A DNA stretch of 64,000 nt from the NCBI GenBank assembly GCA_004431415.1, contig QPMI01000444.1, positions 201,417 to 265,416 of the forward strand. The letters run 5' to 3'. The notes beneath the pieces were generated by a model. The model was not told the origin of the DNA, searched no databases, and worked only from the letters and a program-made list of their open reading frames with translations. The stretch is from Cyanophora paradoxa CCMP329. Its lineage: Eukaryota > Plantae > Glaucophyta. Shown in pieces: positions 35,505-48,540 of the stretch; position 1 is the first letter of the stretch; each line of letters begins with the position of its first letter. Position numbers and translations under genes: made by a program.

Positions 35505-37450
35505 GACGCCGATCGCGACTCGGCGGCATCGACGTCGCACGCAACCGGTGAGAGCGCGCTAATTATAAGTGCCCGCTAATGTGTTGCTTTTAAACCCATT
35601 TGCTGCCGCGCGCTGGACGCTGGCACGTCGCGTTATTTCACTGATATGCAAGCCGCTGCAGATCTAGATCCTTTTCGGAGTCCGATTCAGTTTGGTGCAC
35701 CGGATCCGGAATGTCGAACTTGCACTACATACGAAGCTATCAATCATGCACTGCGACAGCTTCGATCCTCCATTCTTCTTTCTTTTTCTACTGTGAATTT
35801 GCGCACGTCATAGTGCACGGACAATGACTCAGTAACATCGAGGCGTCTAGATTTCTATACGTTACCGTTATATACCTTCATTTCCCGAGGCCTGCGAGAC
35901 CCCAATTTTGTAAGGGTTGTCAGGATGTGCTTCGGGGGGTAGAAATGTACAGTGCAGAACCTCACTGACTCAATGTGGACCAGATAGAGCTATAGATCTA
36001 GATTATCGTAGTTTCTACCACCCAGATTATGAGGGCTATAGGTTCTTGATCATGAGCTGCAGCTGGCGGGGAGGCTCAATTTCATTTTCAGATATGCATT
36101 GTCGATGTAGCTAGCTAGCCGTGGGATCTTTCCGAGTTCGTACGATATCTAGTGCATATACTGCAGCTATCATGGAGACGATATTCATTTGCAGGCATCA
36201 TGAATCATCGGATCGACAGCTTTACGTAGTTAGGATGCTCATCGTGGAATGAGGGGTATCGATCAATGTAGCGCAGTGGAGGTCGTCATCATTCGCAATC
36301 GTTCCACTAGGTTGAGGTCATATATCTAGTGCATGTCAGTGAATCGAATCGCTCAGTTTTGTAACTGTTTATCTACATGCATACAAAATATCTATAGCTA
36401 GATCTACGATCATGCATATGAGCTCGGGAGCACGATCGATCGCGAGTGGCTATATATGGAGCTGCCGTTCAACGGTTGTCCTTCTTACGCGCATCTACGT
36501 AGGTACATACATATACTACTACACGGTACGCGTGTCAATGTCCGCTCTCATGATCAATGTCCCCACCCACACATGTACAAACCATTGAGCAGGGATCCCG
36601 GAGCAATTTGATTCCCAAATGCACCTTGGCGAGATTGCACTTACTGGGCAACTGTTTCTTTTCCAGCCCCTAGCTATAGTTTAGGTTCGAAATTCAGGGG
36701 TCCCCCCATCGGCCCCTCAAATATAATCTCACATGTACAGGGGTCCCCACCCACACACACCGTACGCGTTGGGCAAAGAAATCGATCATCGGATATCGAT
36801 CGATATCGATATCTTGGATTGTCGATTGACACGCCATGCGAGAGCACGGAATTTCGCACGGACACGCGCTGAATGGTGGGCCGCCGCCTGGGCCGGGGGT
36901 ATCAACGTCGCCATATGCATCGACCTGATTGCAGTTGGATGATGTGTAAGGTGCGAATAAAATGCGACGTCAACGCCTCATGATAAGGGCTGGAATTTTA
37001 AACGTAACTTGGATCCAGATCTAGAATTCGAAGAAAATCCGATCGATCATGTATCGCGACTTCGAGCTCGAGGCTCAATCATATGCAAATTGTACTACGG
37101 TAATCACTGAGTGTGTAATATGACTCTACTTTGCGATGAAAGCTCTCAGATTTCAAGTTTAATTTAACGTGTGATGTACATGTCGTGTGACGGCGCCGGC
37201 GGCGCCGGCGGCGGCGCCGATTGCGAGTCAAGTGATCATATGCATGATGTTGAACTAGCTATAGGAATATTAATATGTCTTGCTCTGCCGGCCAGCTTCA
37301 AGCTGAAGAGCATTCGAGTTGTCATCAAAGCATCAAAATCACCGTGATCGGCCGAATGCAAGCCGCGCGCGGCCACGGATGGTTTAAAATTAAATTTCCT
37401 TCCGTTCTAGATCTCTCGATCGCGAGCACGGCGGGCGATCGCGATGCGCA

Positions 37451-39957
37451 TCAGGCGGGGGCCGGCGGGGCCGGGGCGGGGGCGCCCTCGCCCTCCGCCT
37501 CCAGCTCGTCGGCGGGGACGACGAAGTCGTCGAGGTCGGCGTAGCTGTCGAGCCCGTCCTCCGCCCCCAGGTTCCGGTCCACGAACGCGTTCCGGCTCCG
37601 CAGCCGCCGCGACGTCCCGGGGCCCCGCCCCCGCCCCCGCCCCCGCTTCGTCTCCGCCTCCTCCTCCACCGATTCCTCCGACTCCTCCTCCTCCTCCCCC
37701 TCCTCTTCGTCCTCTTCCTCATCCTCCTCATCCTCCTCCTCGCCGTCGCCGCTGGCCACGGGGCTCGGCGGGCGCGACGAAGGGCCCTCGGGGCCCTCCC
37801 CGCCCCGCCCAGCGCCCCCGGGGGAGGGCGGGCCCCCTAGGCCTCCAGGGCGCGCCCCGGCCGCCCTGCGCGCGCCCTGAGGCCTCCGCGCGGCGGCCGC
37901 GGGCGGGGCGGAGCGGACGCACGGTTCCTGCGGCGGGGCGCCCTCGCGCAGCGGCCCGGGCAAGCCCGCGCGGCCGCAAGGGGCGCCCGGGGCGCCCCCT
38001 CCCCGCCGCGCGCGCTTCGCGGCGCGGCCGGCGGGGGCGGGGAGGCGGCGGGGGCGGGGGCGGGGGCCGGCTCGGGGCCGGCGGCGGCCTCGAGGGCGGC
38101 GGCGAGGCGGGCGAGGAGGGCCCCGAGAGGCCCTCGGCCGGCGGCAGGCGGCGGCGGGCGCCGCGGCGGGGCCCGGGCGGCGCGAGCGGTCCGCGGCGGG
38201 CGGCGGCGGCGAGGGCGCCGAAGGCGGCGCCGGCGCGCTGGAGGGCCGCCGCGAGCGCCGCGTACCGGCGCGCCCCGCCGGGCCGCCCCGGCTCCACTCG
38301 GCCCACTCGCGCCAGAGGGGCGCGGCGGCGGCGAGGGCCGGCAGGTCGCGCCCCGCGAGGGCCTCCGCCCGCGCCAGGCCGGGCCCGCCGGGCGCCGGGC
38401 GCCCCGCGAGGAGCGCGGCGAGGGCGGCGGCGGCGCGGGCGGCCCACGCGGCGGTGCAGCGGACGAGGAGGCCCAGCCGGCCCACCACGGGCGCCGCCCC
38501 CGAGCGGCCCCGCCCCGCCGGCCCCAGGAGCGCGGGGGAGGCGGCGGCGACGGCGCGGGCGGCGGCGGAGGCGGCGGGGGAAAAGGGGGCGAGCGGAGAG
38601 AGGGCGGGGGCGGCGCGGGCGAGGAGCGCGTCGGCGGCGGCGGCGTGCACGGCGCGGCACACGGCCTCGGACTCCAGCACGAGGGGCAGGTGGCCCGGGC
38701 CCCGGAAGCTCGGCCCCGCCGCCCGCAGCGGGCGCCCCGCGGCGGCGGCGGCGGCCTCGCCGGCCATGGCGAGGGCGCGCGGCAGGGGCGCCGCGTGCCG
38801 CGCCGCGAAGCGGACGACCTCGGCCGCCAGCGCCGGCTGCGGGATGGGGAACTCGCAGGCCAGCTGCCACACCGCCTCCGCCGCCGCCGCCGCCGGCCCC
38901 CGCCGCGCCTCCGGGGCCGCCCCGGGGCGCGCCTCCTCCTCGCCCTCGTCCCGCTCGCCCTCCTCCTCCGGCGGGGCCGGCGGGGCGTCCCCGTCCTCCA
39001 CCTTGACCTCCAGCGCCGGCGCCCCGCCCCCGCAGAGCACGCGCAGCAGCGCCATGTACCCCTCGAAGAGGCCTGCCGGCGCGGTGAGCTGCGGGGGGAG
39101 CGCGCCGGGGTGGGGCGGCGGGCGCGCTCTCGCTGAGGCCGGCGGCGAGGTCGGCGGTGAGCTGGGCGGCGAGGGGCGGGGCGAGGTGCGGGAGGCAGCC
39201 GCAGCGGCCGCCGGCGGCGGGGGCGCAGCGGCCCTCGAGCCCGTACAGCCCCTCGAGGCTGTGGAGGGCGAGCAGGGCGGCGGCGCAGGCGCCGGGGCGG
39301 GCGAGCGCGGCGGCGGCGCCCTGCAGCGCGGCCCCCCGCATGTCCTGGTAGCAGTCCCGGTCGGGGTCCTCCCCGGGGCGCGCCGGGGGCCGAGGGGTGG
39401 GGCGGGGCGAGGGCGGCGCGCGGGAGGGAGGCGAAGGGCGCCGCGTGGCTCGCGTCGTGGAGGAGGAAGAGGAGCGCGGCGGCGCGCTCGGCGGTGAGGT
39501 CGGGCACGAGGGGCGGCGCCCCGCGCGGGCGGCGGCGAGGAGCGCGGGGGCCTCCTCGCCGGCGGCGAAGTCGCGGAGGGCGGAGGCGGCGACGAGGGCG
39601 GCGCGGACGGAGGGGGCGGGTCGGCGGCCGCCTCCTCGGGCGAGGGGGGGCGGACGAGGGCGTGCCAGAAGTGCGTGAGCAGCGCGTACGCGAGGTCCGC
39701 GCCGTACAGAGACGCCTCGCCGCCGCTGGCGGGGGCGGCAGGGGCGGGGGCGGGGGCGGGGCGGGGCCGCGGCGGAGGAGGAGGCAGGCGTGGAGCTCGG
39801 CGAGGGGCCGGGCGGGGTGGCCCAGCGCGGCGTCCAGCTCAGGCTCCTCGCTCGCCGCGTCCAGCAGCGCCTCCACCGCCGGCACCAGCGCCCGCGCCCC
39901 CGCCGAGGCGCCCCCGGGGCCCCGCCAGCGCCCCCGCGACCGCCCCGGGCTGAGGAG

Positions 39958-39992
<35 letters not shown>

Positions 39993-42004
39993 GGCCGGCA
40001 CCGCCCTCCAGGCGCCAGAGGCGGGCGGCGAGGGCGACGGCCGGCCCGGGGCGCTCGCCGGCGGGGCCGGCGCAGGGGCCGAGGCGGAGGGTGGCGGGGT
40101 CCGGGGCGAGGGCGGCGAGGCGCGGGGCGACGAGGGCCGCGAGGGCGGCTACGACGGGCGGCGGGGCCGGCGGCTCCAGCGGCGCCGCCGCGAGCGCCGC
40201 CTCGTAGACGGCCTCGCGCAGGGGCCCGGGGGCCCCGGGAGGAGCGAGGCGAGGGCGGCGGCCGCGGCCGCGGGGCGGGGCCCTCGCCGCCGCGCGCGGC
40301 GAGCAGAGAGACGAGGCCGGCGGCGGCGGCGGCGGCGCGCGCCCCGTGCGGCGCCGGGCGGCACGCGGCGAGGGCGGAGAGGGGCGCAACCTGCCGGCGG
40401 CGTCGGCGGGGCGAGCAGAAGGGAGGGCGGCCCCGGCGCGCACGAGGCCGCAGGCGAGGCGGGCGCCGGGCTCGCCGGGGCGGAGGCCGCCGCCGCCGCG
40501 AGGGCGGCGACGAGGGCCGGGGCGCAGGCGGCGGCGCCTGCGGGACGGTTCGGCCGAAGGGTGCGCGGGGCGGGGCGAACGTGCGCCTGCGCGGGCGCAC
40601 CCGGGGAGGCGTCGAGGGCGCCGAAGAGGCGCGGCAGGCGCTCCTCGCACAGCAGCTCCCTGCGCGCCCAACGCCCTCAGAAAGCGGCCGGCGCGGGGCG
40701 GGGCGGGCGGGGCGGACGCGTCGGGGGGCAGGCGGGCGGAGAGGAGGCGCTGGAGGGCGCCGGCGAAGGGCGCCGCCTCGCCCGGCGAGGCGGCCTCCTC
40801 GAGGCCCGCGAGGCACCGGTCGAGGGCGGCGGCGGCGCCCAGGGGCCCGGCCGCCGCCGCCAGCAGCTCCGCGCCCCGCTCGCCCCCCACCCGCGCCGCC
40901 CCGCCCAGCAGCGCCTCGCCCCAGTGCTCCGCCCCCGGCTCCTCCGCCGCCGCGCGGAGGGCCCCAGCGGGGCCGCCGCGAGCGCCCGCGCGCAGCGGGC
41001 GGCGCCGTCGCCCGGCGCCTCGGCGGCGGGGCCCCAGCGGGCCTCGGAGCGGAGGAGCAGGAGGAGGAGGATGACGTCGACGGGCGCGGCGGCGGCGGCC
41101 GGCTCGGCGTGGGCGCCGGTGGGGCCGGCGGGGTCGAGGCGGCCGAGGAGGGCGGCGGCGAGCGGGGCGGGGAAGCGGAGGGAGAGCTCGCCGTAGACGG
41201 CCGCCCGCTCCGCGTCGGGCAGCAGCGCCAGCAGCTCCCGCAGCGCCTCCGCCAGCCCCGCTCCGGCCCCCGCCGAGAGGCGCCGCAGCAGGGCGCGGGC
41301 GGCGGCGGGGGCGTCGGGCGCGGGGGCGAGCCCGGGGCCTCGGGGTCCGGGGAGCGGCGGAGGGCCCGCACGGAGGCGGCGACGCGGCGCTCCAGGAGCT
41401 CGTGCTCGATCCCCCGCAGCGGCACCTGCGAGAGCGAGTCCAGCGCCGCCGCCAGCGCCGCCGCCGGCCACTCCCGCCCCAGCGCCGAGCGCAGGACGCC
41501 CGCCTCCTCATCGCCCTCCCCGCACGCCCTGTCGCGCTCCACGAGCGCCGGGAGCAGCTGCGCCATCGCTGCCGCCGCCCTCGGGCCCGCCGCCGGCCCG
41601 CCCAGAGGCTCCGACGCCGGCCGCCCGGTCCGCGCCCGCTTCGCAGGCGGAGGCCGGCCGAAGAGCGCATCGAGGAGCGTCGAGGCGGCCGGCAGCAGTG
41701 GCAGCGCGTACGCGCGCCCGTCGGCGGCGGCGTGCAGCTCGGGTAGGGCGCGCCGGGCCACCTTCGGGTGCACGGCGTCCGCCACGAGGAGCCGCAAGGC
41801 GCTTTCCAGCGCCGCGGTCGAGGCCGAAGGGTCGTCCAGCAGCTCTGAGAGCAGCTCGCACGCCCGCTCCGGCTCCGCGCCGTCGCGCGCGGCCTCCTCC
41901 CACTCGCGCAGCCGGACCTCCCACCCGAGCGCGGCGCTGCGGTGCAGGCGTCAGCTACACACGACCCGCACTACGTGAGAGGCCCCGACGGACCCGGGCC
42001 GCAT
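37451..42004 (-). CDS. Large Ala/Leu/Pro-rich hypothetical protein with acidic C-terminal tail (start approximate; several apparent frameshifts)
   Basis: Helical-looking coding segments (WEVRLREWEEAA, LDSLSQVPLRGIEHELLERR, VWQLACEFPIPQP), then a poly-E/D tract and RRLRSRNAFVDRNLGAEDGLDSYADLDDFVVP. TGA at 37451. Confidence 0.65.
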
Positions 42005-42073
42005 GGCGGCAAGACGCCAGTGGGGGGAACCGATTTGAAGGGGGTAGACTGCAACTCGAAGCAAGCGCCGGCG

Positions 42074-44921
42074 ATGGCGGACCCGGAGTCCACAGGTGCG
42101 TCGGGAGGCCCGCCGTGATCGCAAAACTCCGCAGCGCGCTCCTCGCGCGCCCAGTACCGCTCCTTCGGTCGCCGACGCTGTCGCGCTCCCAGGACCGCCC
42201 GACAGGGCGAAGGGCGGCGGTCCTAGCTGGATCTCCTTGAAGGTGCAGGAGTTCAGGGAACAGGTCGGCACGCTCAAGTCAGCGCCGGTGCGCTTTTGAT
42301 CCAGGCCCGCTGTGCCCCGCTGAGGGCCTTCGTCGCAGCGGGAGCTCTGGCTCACGTACTTCCTGAAGTTTCTCGAATCCTACGCGTACTTCGGTGCGCA
42401 GCGGCCGCGCCTAACCGCCGCGCCGCCCGCGCCCGCCAGCTAACAGCGCGGCGCAGCGGTCTCGTACATCTTCGTCATCTATCTCAGCGACGAGTTCGGT
42501 TTCAGCGATGCGGAGGCGGGCTGGATCTACGGTGCGCGTCGCCAGCCGTCGGGGCGGGCCGGTTGGTGCACTCGGAGCCGGCTGACGGCTCGGGGCGGCC
42601 GCGGGCAGGCCTGTACGGGACGATCTACGCGGTCGCAGCGATGTTCATGGGCGCCGTGCGGCCGCCCTCGTTCCGTGCCCGCCGCGGCCCGCAGGCCCCC
42701 TGACGGCCGGGGGCAGGTGGTGGACAACCTGGGCGTGCGGCGCTCGCTGATCATGGGCGGGCTCGTGCTCACCTTCGCGCGGCTCGCCCTCGCCCTCACC
42801 GCCTCCCGCACCGTCATCTACGTCATCGTCTTCGGCGTCCTCCCCGTCGGCAGGCCCGCCCCGCCCCGCCCTGCCCCGCCCTGCCCCCGCCGCCCCGCCC
42901 CCGCCAGGGGATCGACGTGGTACCGTACCCCCCGCAGCTCCCTCGGCATCCCCGTCATGGCGACCGGCATCCGGCGCTACACGAACGACGCGAACCGCGC
43001 GTTCGGGTACTCCCTCTTCTACATCGCCATGAACTTCAGGTACCCCCCCGCGTCCTTCCCCCCCACCCGCCGCGCGGCCGCTCAGAGCCTCGCAGCGCCT
43101 TCGTCGCGGGGCTGCTGGTGGACGCGTTCCGCTACGTGTTCGGCGTGCCGGACCCGCACGCGCGCCGCGCCGAGCTCGCCGCCGCCGCCAACGGCACGGC
43201 CCCCGCCGCCTCCACCTACCGCCCGGGCCAGCTGGTGGTCTCCTTCACTGCGGCGGCGGGGTCGGGCGAGCCCGGGATGACGGGCTACCGCTGGCTCGTG
43301 CTCTCCGCGGCGGCCTCGACGGCCCTCTTCCTCGTCCTGGCCGCGCTCTTCGTGCGGGAGATCGAGGTCAACGACGCCGGCGGCGCCGGCGTCACCGCGT
43401 TCACCCCCAAGCGCTCCAACCCGCTCCGCCTCGCCCGCGAGATCTTCACCACCCGCCGGCCCGCCCCCGCCCCTCCGCCCGCCCCGCCCCGCCTTCCCTG
43501 GCGCCGGCGCCGGCTGACGGACCGGCCGGCAGCTTCTGGCGCTTCATCCTCCTCATCATCCTCCTCGTCGGCGTCCGCTCCGTCCTCCGCCACCTCGGTA
43601 CCCCCACTCTTCTCCCCCATACACACCGTACCCCCCCATCGAGCGCCGCCCCTGCAGACACGACGTTCCCGAAGTACGCGACGCGGGAGATCGGGCCGAG
43701 CTTCCCCTACGGGACCATCATCTCCATCAACCCCCTTCTCATCATCTTCCTCGTACCCCTCGTCACCGCCTTCTACTACAGGCGCCCCGCCCCGCCCCGC
43801 CCCGCCCCGCCCTCCGTCGTCGCCGCTCCCGCGTGGAGTGACCCCGGCCCTCCGCCCCTTCTCCCTTCCTTCGCGCGCAGCCGCTCCACCCCCTTCGAGT
43901 GCATCACCACCGGTGCCCGAAGCCCTGCACAGCCGCGCGCCACCCGCGTTCTCCCTCTCACCCGCGCGCTTTGCCGGCAGGCGTCTTCATCACGGCCGCC
44001 TCGCCCTTCTTCCTCGTGATCGGCCCCTACTACGGCACCGCAGTCGGCGCGCCCCGCCCGCCCGCCCGCCCGCCGCCCCGGCCCGCCCGTTCGCGTGACT
44101 TTGCGGCCGCGCAGTCTTCATCCTGACGCTCTCGGTCGGGGAGGCGATCTGGTCGCCGCGGCTGTACGAGTACACGTGCACGATCGCCCCCGTGGGGCGG
44201 GAGGGCACGTACCAGTCGCTGGCGATCGTCCCCCTCTTCGCCGCCAAGCTCCTCGTCGGCGGCGTCTCCGGCATCCTCCTCGACACCTTCTGCCCCCTCG
44301 TCCGCCCCGCCCACGCCCGGCCGCTATCCGAGCCCCGCTCACGCCGGGCCTGGCTCGCCGGGGCGCGCAGGAGGGCCCGCGGAACTCGCGGGTGATGTGG
44401 CTCCTCGTCGGCGTCTTCGCCATCGTCTCCCCCTTCCTCATGCTCCTCCTCCGCGGCGTCATCGAGAAGCGCGTACCCCCCGCGGCCCCCCCCCCCCTCT
44501 GCCCTCCCCGCCCCTCTCCTCACGCGCCCCGCCCCGCCCCGCCCCGCAGGAAGGACCCCGGGGAAGACTGGAGCGACGCCGGGGCGGAGCCGCCCGAGCG
44601 GCCGGCCAGCGCTCCCGTCGCCCCGTGCGCCCTCCGCTCCGCCCCACTCGCCTTTGGCCTGACAGGCGGCGCAGGGGCGAAGGGCAGGCGGAGCCGCCCG
44701 GCGGGGCGGGCCTCCGCCCCGCAGCGGCGGCGGGGGGCGAGGGGCGGGGGTCCTCTCCTCCGCCGGCGGCCCCGGCGCTGGCGCAGGCGCCGGGCGGGGC
44801 GGGGCGGGTGGCGCTGCCGAAGCCCGTGGGGGCCGCGGTCGAACTGCGCGCCCCGAAGAAGGGGGCAGCGCCGGGGGGCGGTACACTCCTCTCCGTCGAC
44901 AACGAGTTCGAGGGGCGATAG
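42074..44921 (+). CDS. MFS transporter, POT/PTR-like peptide transporter
   Basis: RELWLTYFLKFLESYAYF|AVSYIFVIYLSDEFGFSDAEAGWIY, VDNLGVRRSL, TGIRRYT...FGYSLFYIAMN, YGTIISINPFLII, SVGEAIWSPRLYEYT...GREGTYQSLA. The first exon junction is uncertain. Confidence 0.85.
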
Positions 44922-45221
44922 CGCCCGCACCTCGAGCTCGCCCCTGCTGCTCGTGTTCTTGAAAGCTTCTTTAAGCAGGCTGCGCACCATCCCCGTCCAT
45001 CGGATCGATCGGAGCTCGAGCACAAACGCAAGCGCTAGCGAGCTTGCAAGCTTCGGGCTGCTTGGGCGGGTGTTTGTTAGGGCGCTGTGAATTTTGCAAA
45101 TTTTCGAATTTTTGGACCTACTTTTCGGCCGCACGGGTACGAGTGCAAAGCCCGCCTTGCTGGCAGCAGTCGACGTCGACTTCTCTCCTCAGCCGTCATC
45201 GACTCGCCTGCTTTACCCACG

Positions 45222-46671
45222 ATGTCGGACAAGAACAATAGCCACGTCCGCGTGGCGCCGAACGCCCCGGCAGCCGGGGGCGACCGAACCACCAAGTCCC
45301 TTGACGCCGGCGAGCCCGCGAAGAATACGTGGGCCCGCGTGATTCACCGCACCCAGAGCGCCCCCGATGCCGGCACGGGGAAGCACTACTCGGTCCGCCG
45401 CGGCGCCGAACGCCCGCCCGCCCGTCCAGCAGGCGCCCGTCACGCCCGCGTCCCCGCCCGAGCAGATGGCGGAGGTCGTGGAGATGGTGGTGAAGATGAA
45501 GCGGATGGCGGTGCACGCGCACTCGCTGTACGGCTCGAGCCGGCTGAACTACATGCGGAACCCAGTGGTGCGGCGGCGCGCGAGCGCCCAGGTGGACGAG
45601 CGGACGCCGCTGCTGGCGGGGAAGCCGGCCCCGCTGGCCATCCCCTCCGGGGCCGAGCTCTCCTTCTGGGGCCGCCGTGCGCCCCGCCAGCCCGACCCGC
45701 GCCCCAGCGCCCCGCGAGCTCGAGGCTCACCCGCCGGCCCCGCCCCGCCGCAGTGTGCTCGCCGGAGTCGCTCTTCGCGCGCGTGGCGGTGATCATCCTC
45801 GCCTGCGCCCTCGTCATCGCTTCCGCCCACGGTCCGCCCCCGCCCCCCGACCCGCTGCCCCCGCTGCCCCCGGGGTCGACGCGCGGGGCCGGCAGAGTAC
45901 GACATGGTCGGCGCGGTGGAGAAGGACCTCGAGGCGCAGCTGCATGTCGGGCCCGACCGCTTCTCCTGGTTCTACTCCTGGTACTCCATCCCCAACATGT
46001 TCCTCGGTGCCGTGCCGTACCCCCCCCCCCCCAACCCCCTTCCCCCCCCCCCGGCCCACTCTCACCCCCCGCCGCAGTGCTGATCAACGGGATGCTGATC
46101 GACAAGATCGGGCTCCGCCTGGCGACGCTCATCTTCGCGACGTTCGTGGGGGCCGGCGGCGTCATCTTCGCCATGGCGACGGCCGCCGGCTCCTTCACCG
46201 GCGCCCTCGCCGGCCGCATGGTCTACGCCCTCGGCTCCGAGACCATGTACGTCGCCCAGAACAGCCTCCTCGGCCACTGGTTCCCCGGTGCGCCCGCTCT
46301 GTTCTAGAGGCCCCGCCGGGACCTAACAGAGCGGCGCGGGCGCGGGGACCAGGGAACAGCGTGATGATGGGGATGGGGACGATGGCGATCCGGCTGGGCA
46401 GCTACCTCGCCTTCACCGGCTCCTCCGTCGCCCTCCGCGCCGCCGGCGGCTCCGTCCTCGGGCCCGTCTGGCTCGGCGCCGGCAGCTGCCTCCTCTGCCT
46501 CCTCGGCGCTATCCTGTACTTTGGCCTCGATTACCTCGCCGAGAAGGCCCGCCCCCCGTACCCCCTCCGCATCCACCCCCCTTCCTGCCCCGCTGAGGGC
46601 CCCCGCGCAGTCCGCCAACAACGGCACGACGCCGAGCCATGACCCCGAGGAGGTGATCCCTCTACCCCCTC

Positions 46672-46718
<47 letters not shown>

Positions 46719-47726
46719 CCGTACCGGGGGTGCAGCCGGCGGGGTCGCTGCTGGACTCGCTGCGGCTGCCGGCGCGCTACTGGGTGTCGGTGACGTGCGC
46801 GGTCGTCATGTACTCGGCCTACTGCCCCTTCCAGTCCTTCTCCACCGAGTTCCTCCAGGTGGTGCGCGCGCCCGCCCCGTCCCGCCCCGTCCCGTCCCGC
46901 CCTGGAGCGCGCGCTGAATTCGTGCGCCCGCCTTCCCGCCGCAGGCGTACAGGATGACTGCGGAGGAGGCGCAGTGGACGGTCTCCCTGCTGCCCCTCAC
47001 CTCCCTCGCCCTCTCCATCCCCGTCGGCCTCGCCGTCGACAAGGCGCGCCCCGCGCCCCCGCGGGCCCCCCGTACCCCCCCTGACCCGTGCCCCCCACCA
47101 GTTCGAGCGGCACGTGCCGATCGTGATCGGGTGCTGCCTGGCGGCCATCCCCCTCTTCTACGTGCCCATCTTCTGCCCGTCCGTCCCCCCGGCGCCCGTG
47201 TACGCGGCCATGGGCCTCCTCTTCACGGTGCGGTACCCCCCCCCCCCCCCCCCGCCGCTCGCCCGGATCGCGTCGGGTCGGATCGGGTCTGAGGCGGGAG
47301 CAGGTGTTCCCGTCGGCGATCTGGCCGGCGATCACGCTGACGATCCCCCCGAAGAAGCTCGGCGCCGCCTTCGGCATGTCCAGCGCCGTCCGTACCCCCC
47401 GGCACCCCTTCCCGCACGCCCCGCGCCGGCCCCTGACCTCTGGCTCGGCCCCTCGATCCCCGCCCCCCGCAGCTGATCAACCTGGCGCTCTTCTGCTCGT
47501 ACCAGGCGGTCGGCGCCATCGACGATATCACCGGGCGCCCCGGTCCGGCCCCGCCCCGCCCCGCCCCGCCCGGCTTCCTCCGACCCGTCTCCGGGGCGCA
47601 GGGGACGCGTCGTTCTACTACTGCGGGCTGAGCCTCGTCGGCGCCCTCTGCGCCCTCGCCTGGGTCCTCCTCCCCGCCGCCCCCGCCCCCGAGGAGCACT
47701 CCGCCCGCGCCACCCCGGCCGCCTGA
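45222..47726 (+). CDS. MFSD1-like lysosomal/vacuolar MFS transporter
   Basis: YSWYSIPNMFL|VLINGMLIDKIGLRLATLIF, GRMVYALGSETMYVAQNSLLGHWF, SAIWPAITLTIPPKKLGAAFG. N-terminal acidic dileucine signal DERTPLL. Confidence 0.85.
46673..46716 (+). repeat. Intronic poly-C homopolymer (44 nt)
   Basis: Uninterrupted C run inside an intron of the MFSD1-like gene. Shorter runs occur near 19746, 46020 and 47236. Confidence 0.9.
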
Positions 47727-48540
47727 GCCGCCGCCCCCGGCCCGCACCGGCCAGCGGCCGAGGGGACGGGCGATGCGCGTGTACAGATTCGATTATCTTC
47801 GTGTGCGCTTTGGTAGAGCCAAGTCGTCGTCGTTGCAGCTCATGCTGAGACGTCGACGTCACAGTGTGCAGTTTTTATATATTTTGGCATTTCCAGTTCG
47901 GGGAACTTCCCGCCCCCCGGGTTCCTTTTCTTCAAGTTTCGGCCCTGATGCCGCCATGATTTGCAGTTGGTATAAGAACTAGGACATCGCAGCTGCAGTA
48001 CCGCAGCCCTGGCAGTAAATATGCATAATCAGTCAAGATTTCAGATTCAGCAATAATTTCTGTCTTTGACATTTTCATTTCGATAACGAATATCGGCCGG
48101 AGTCGATCATGATCAGCCGCTGGGCTCTGAGGCGCTTAGCGGCTGGCCATGGCTCGCTCGCGATACCAGTATCGATCGGGATCGGGTTCACGCGCTCATG
48201 CATGCAGCCGTAACTAGCTAAAGAGACCCCCGGGCCCAATGGCGCCGCGGCGCAGCGCGCGCGCTGCAGATCAAATTAAATTTGAGAGTGCTGCAGCTGC
48301 TAACTCCGAAACCGAAATCAAAGCTCGAAGAGACGCGTGTTGGCCTGCTGTCGTGTTGCTCGTACGCGTCGCGCGAAATTTTTTTGAAGGGCCGGCAACG
48401 TGGGGTACGGGCGTCGGGTATCTCTGGCACCCTCCCGGCCCACAACAAGCAACCGCGCGACGCTGTGAAGCTGCGTCACCCCAGCGAGCTGTAACGCGCA
48501 ACAAACACCGCTCCCCGCCCCGAGCTGCGCGGTTGACCGG

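Noticed and set aside
35550-37400. Discrete mobile element or RNA gene in the AT-rich stretch downstream of RWP-RK
   Set aside because: Only short shared words (e.g. TCCCCACCCACAC twice) and palindromes are seen. I could not establish a TIR/TSD pair or a tRNA/rRNA fold.
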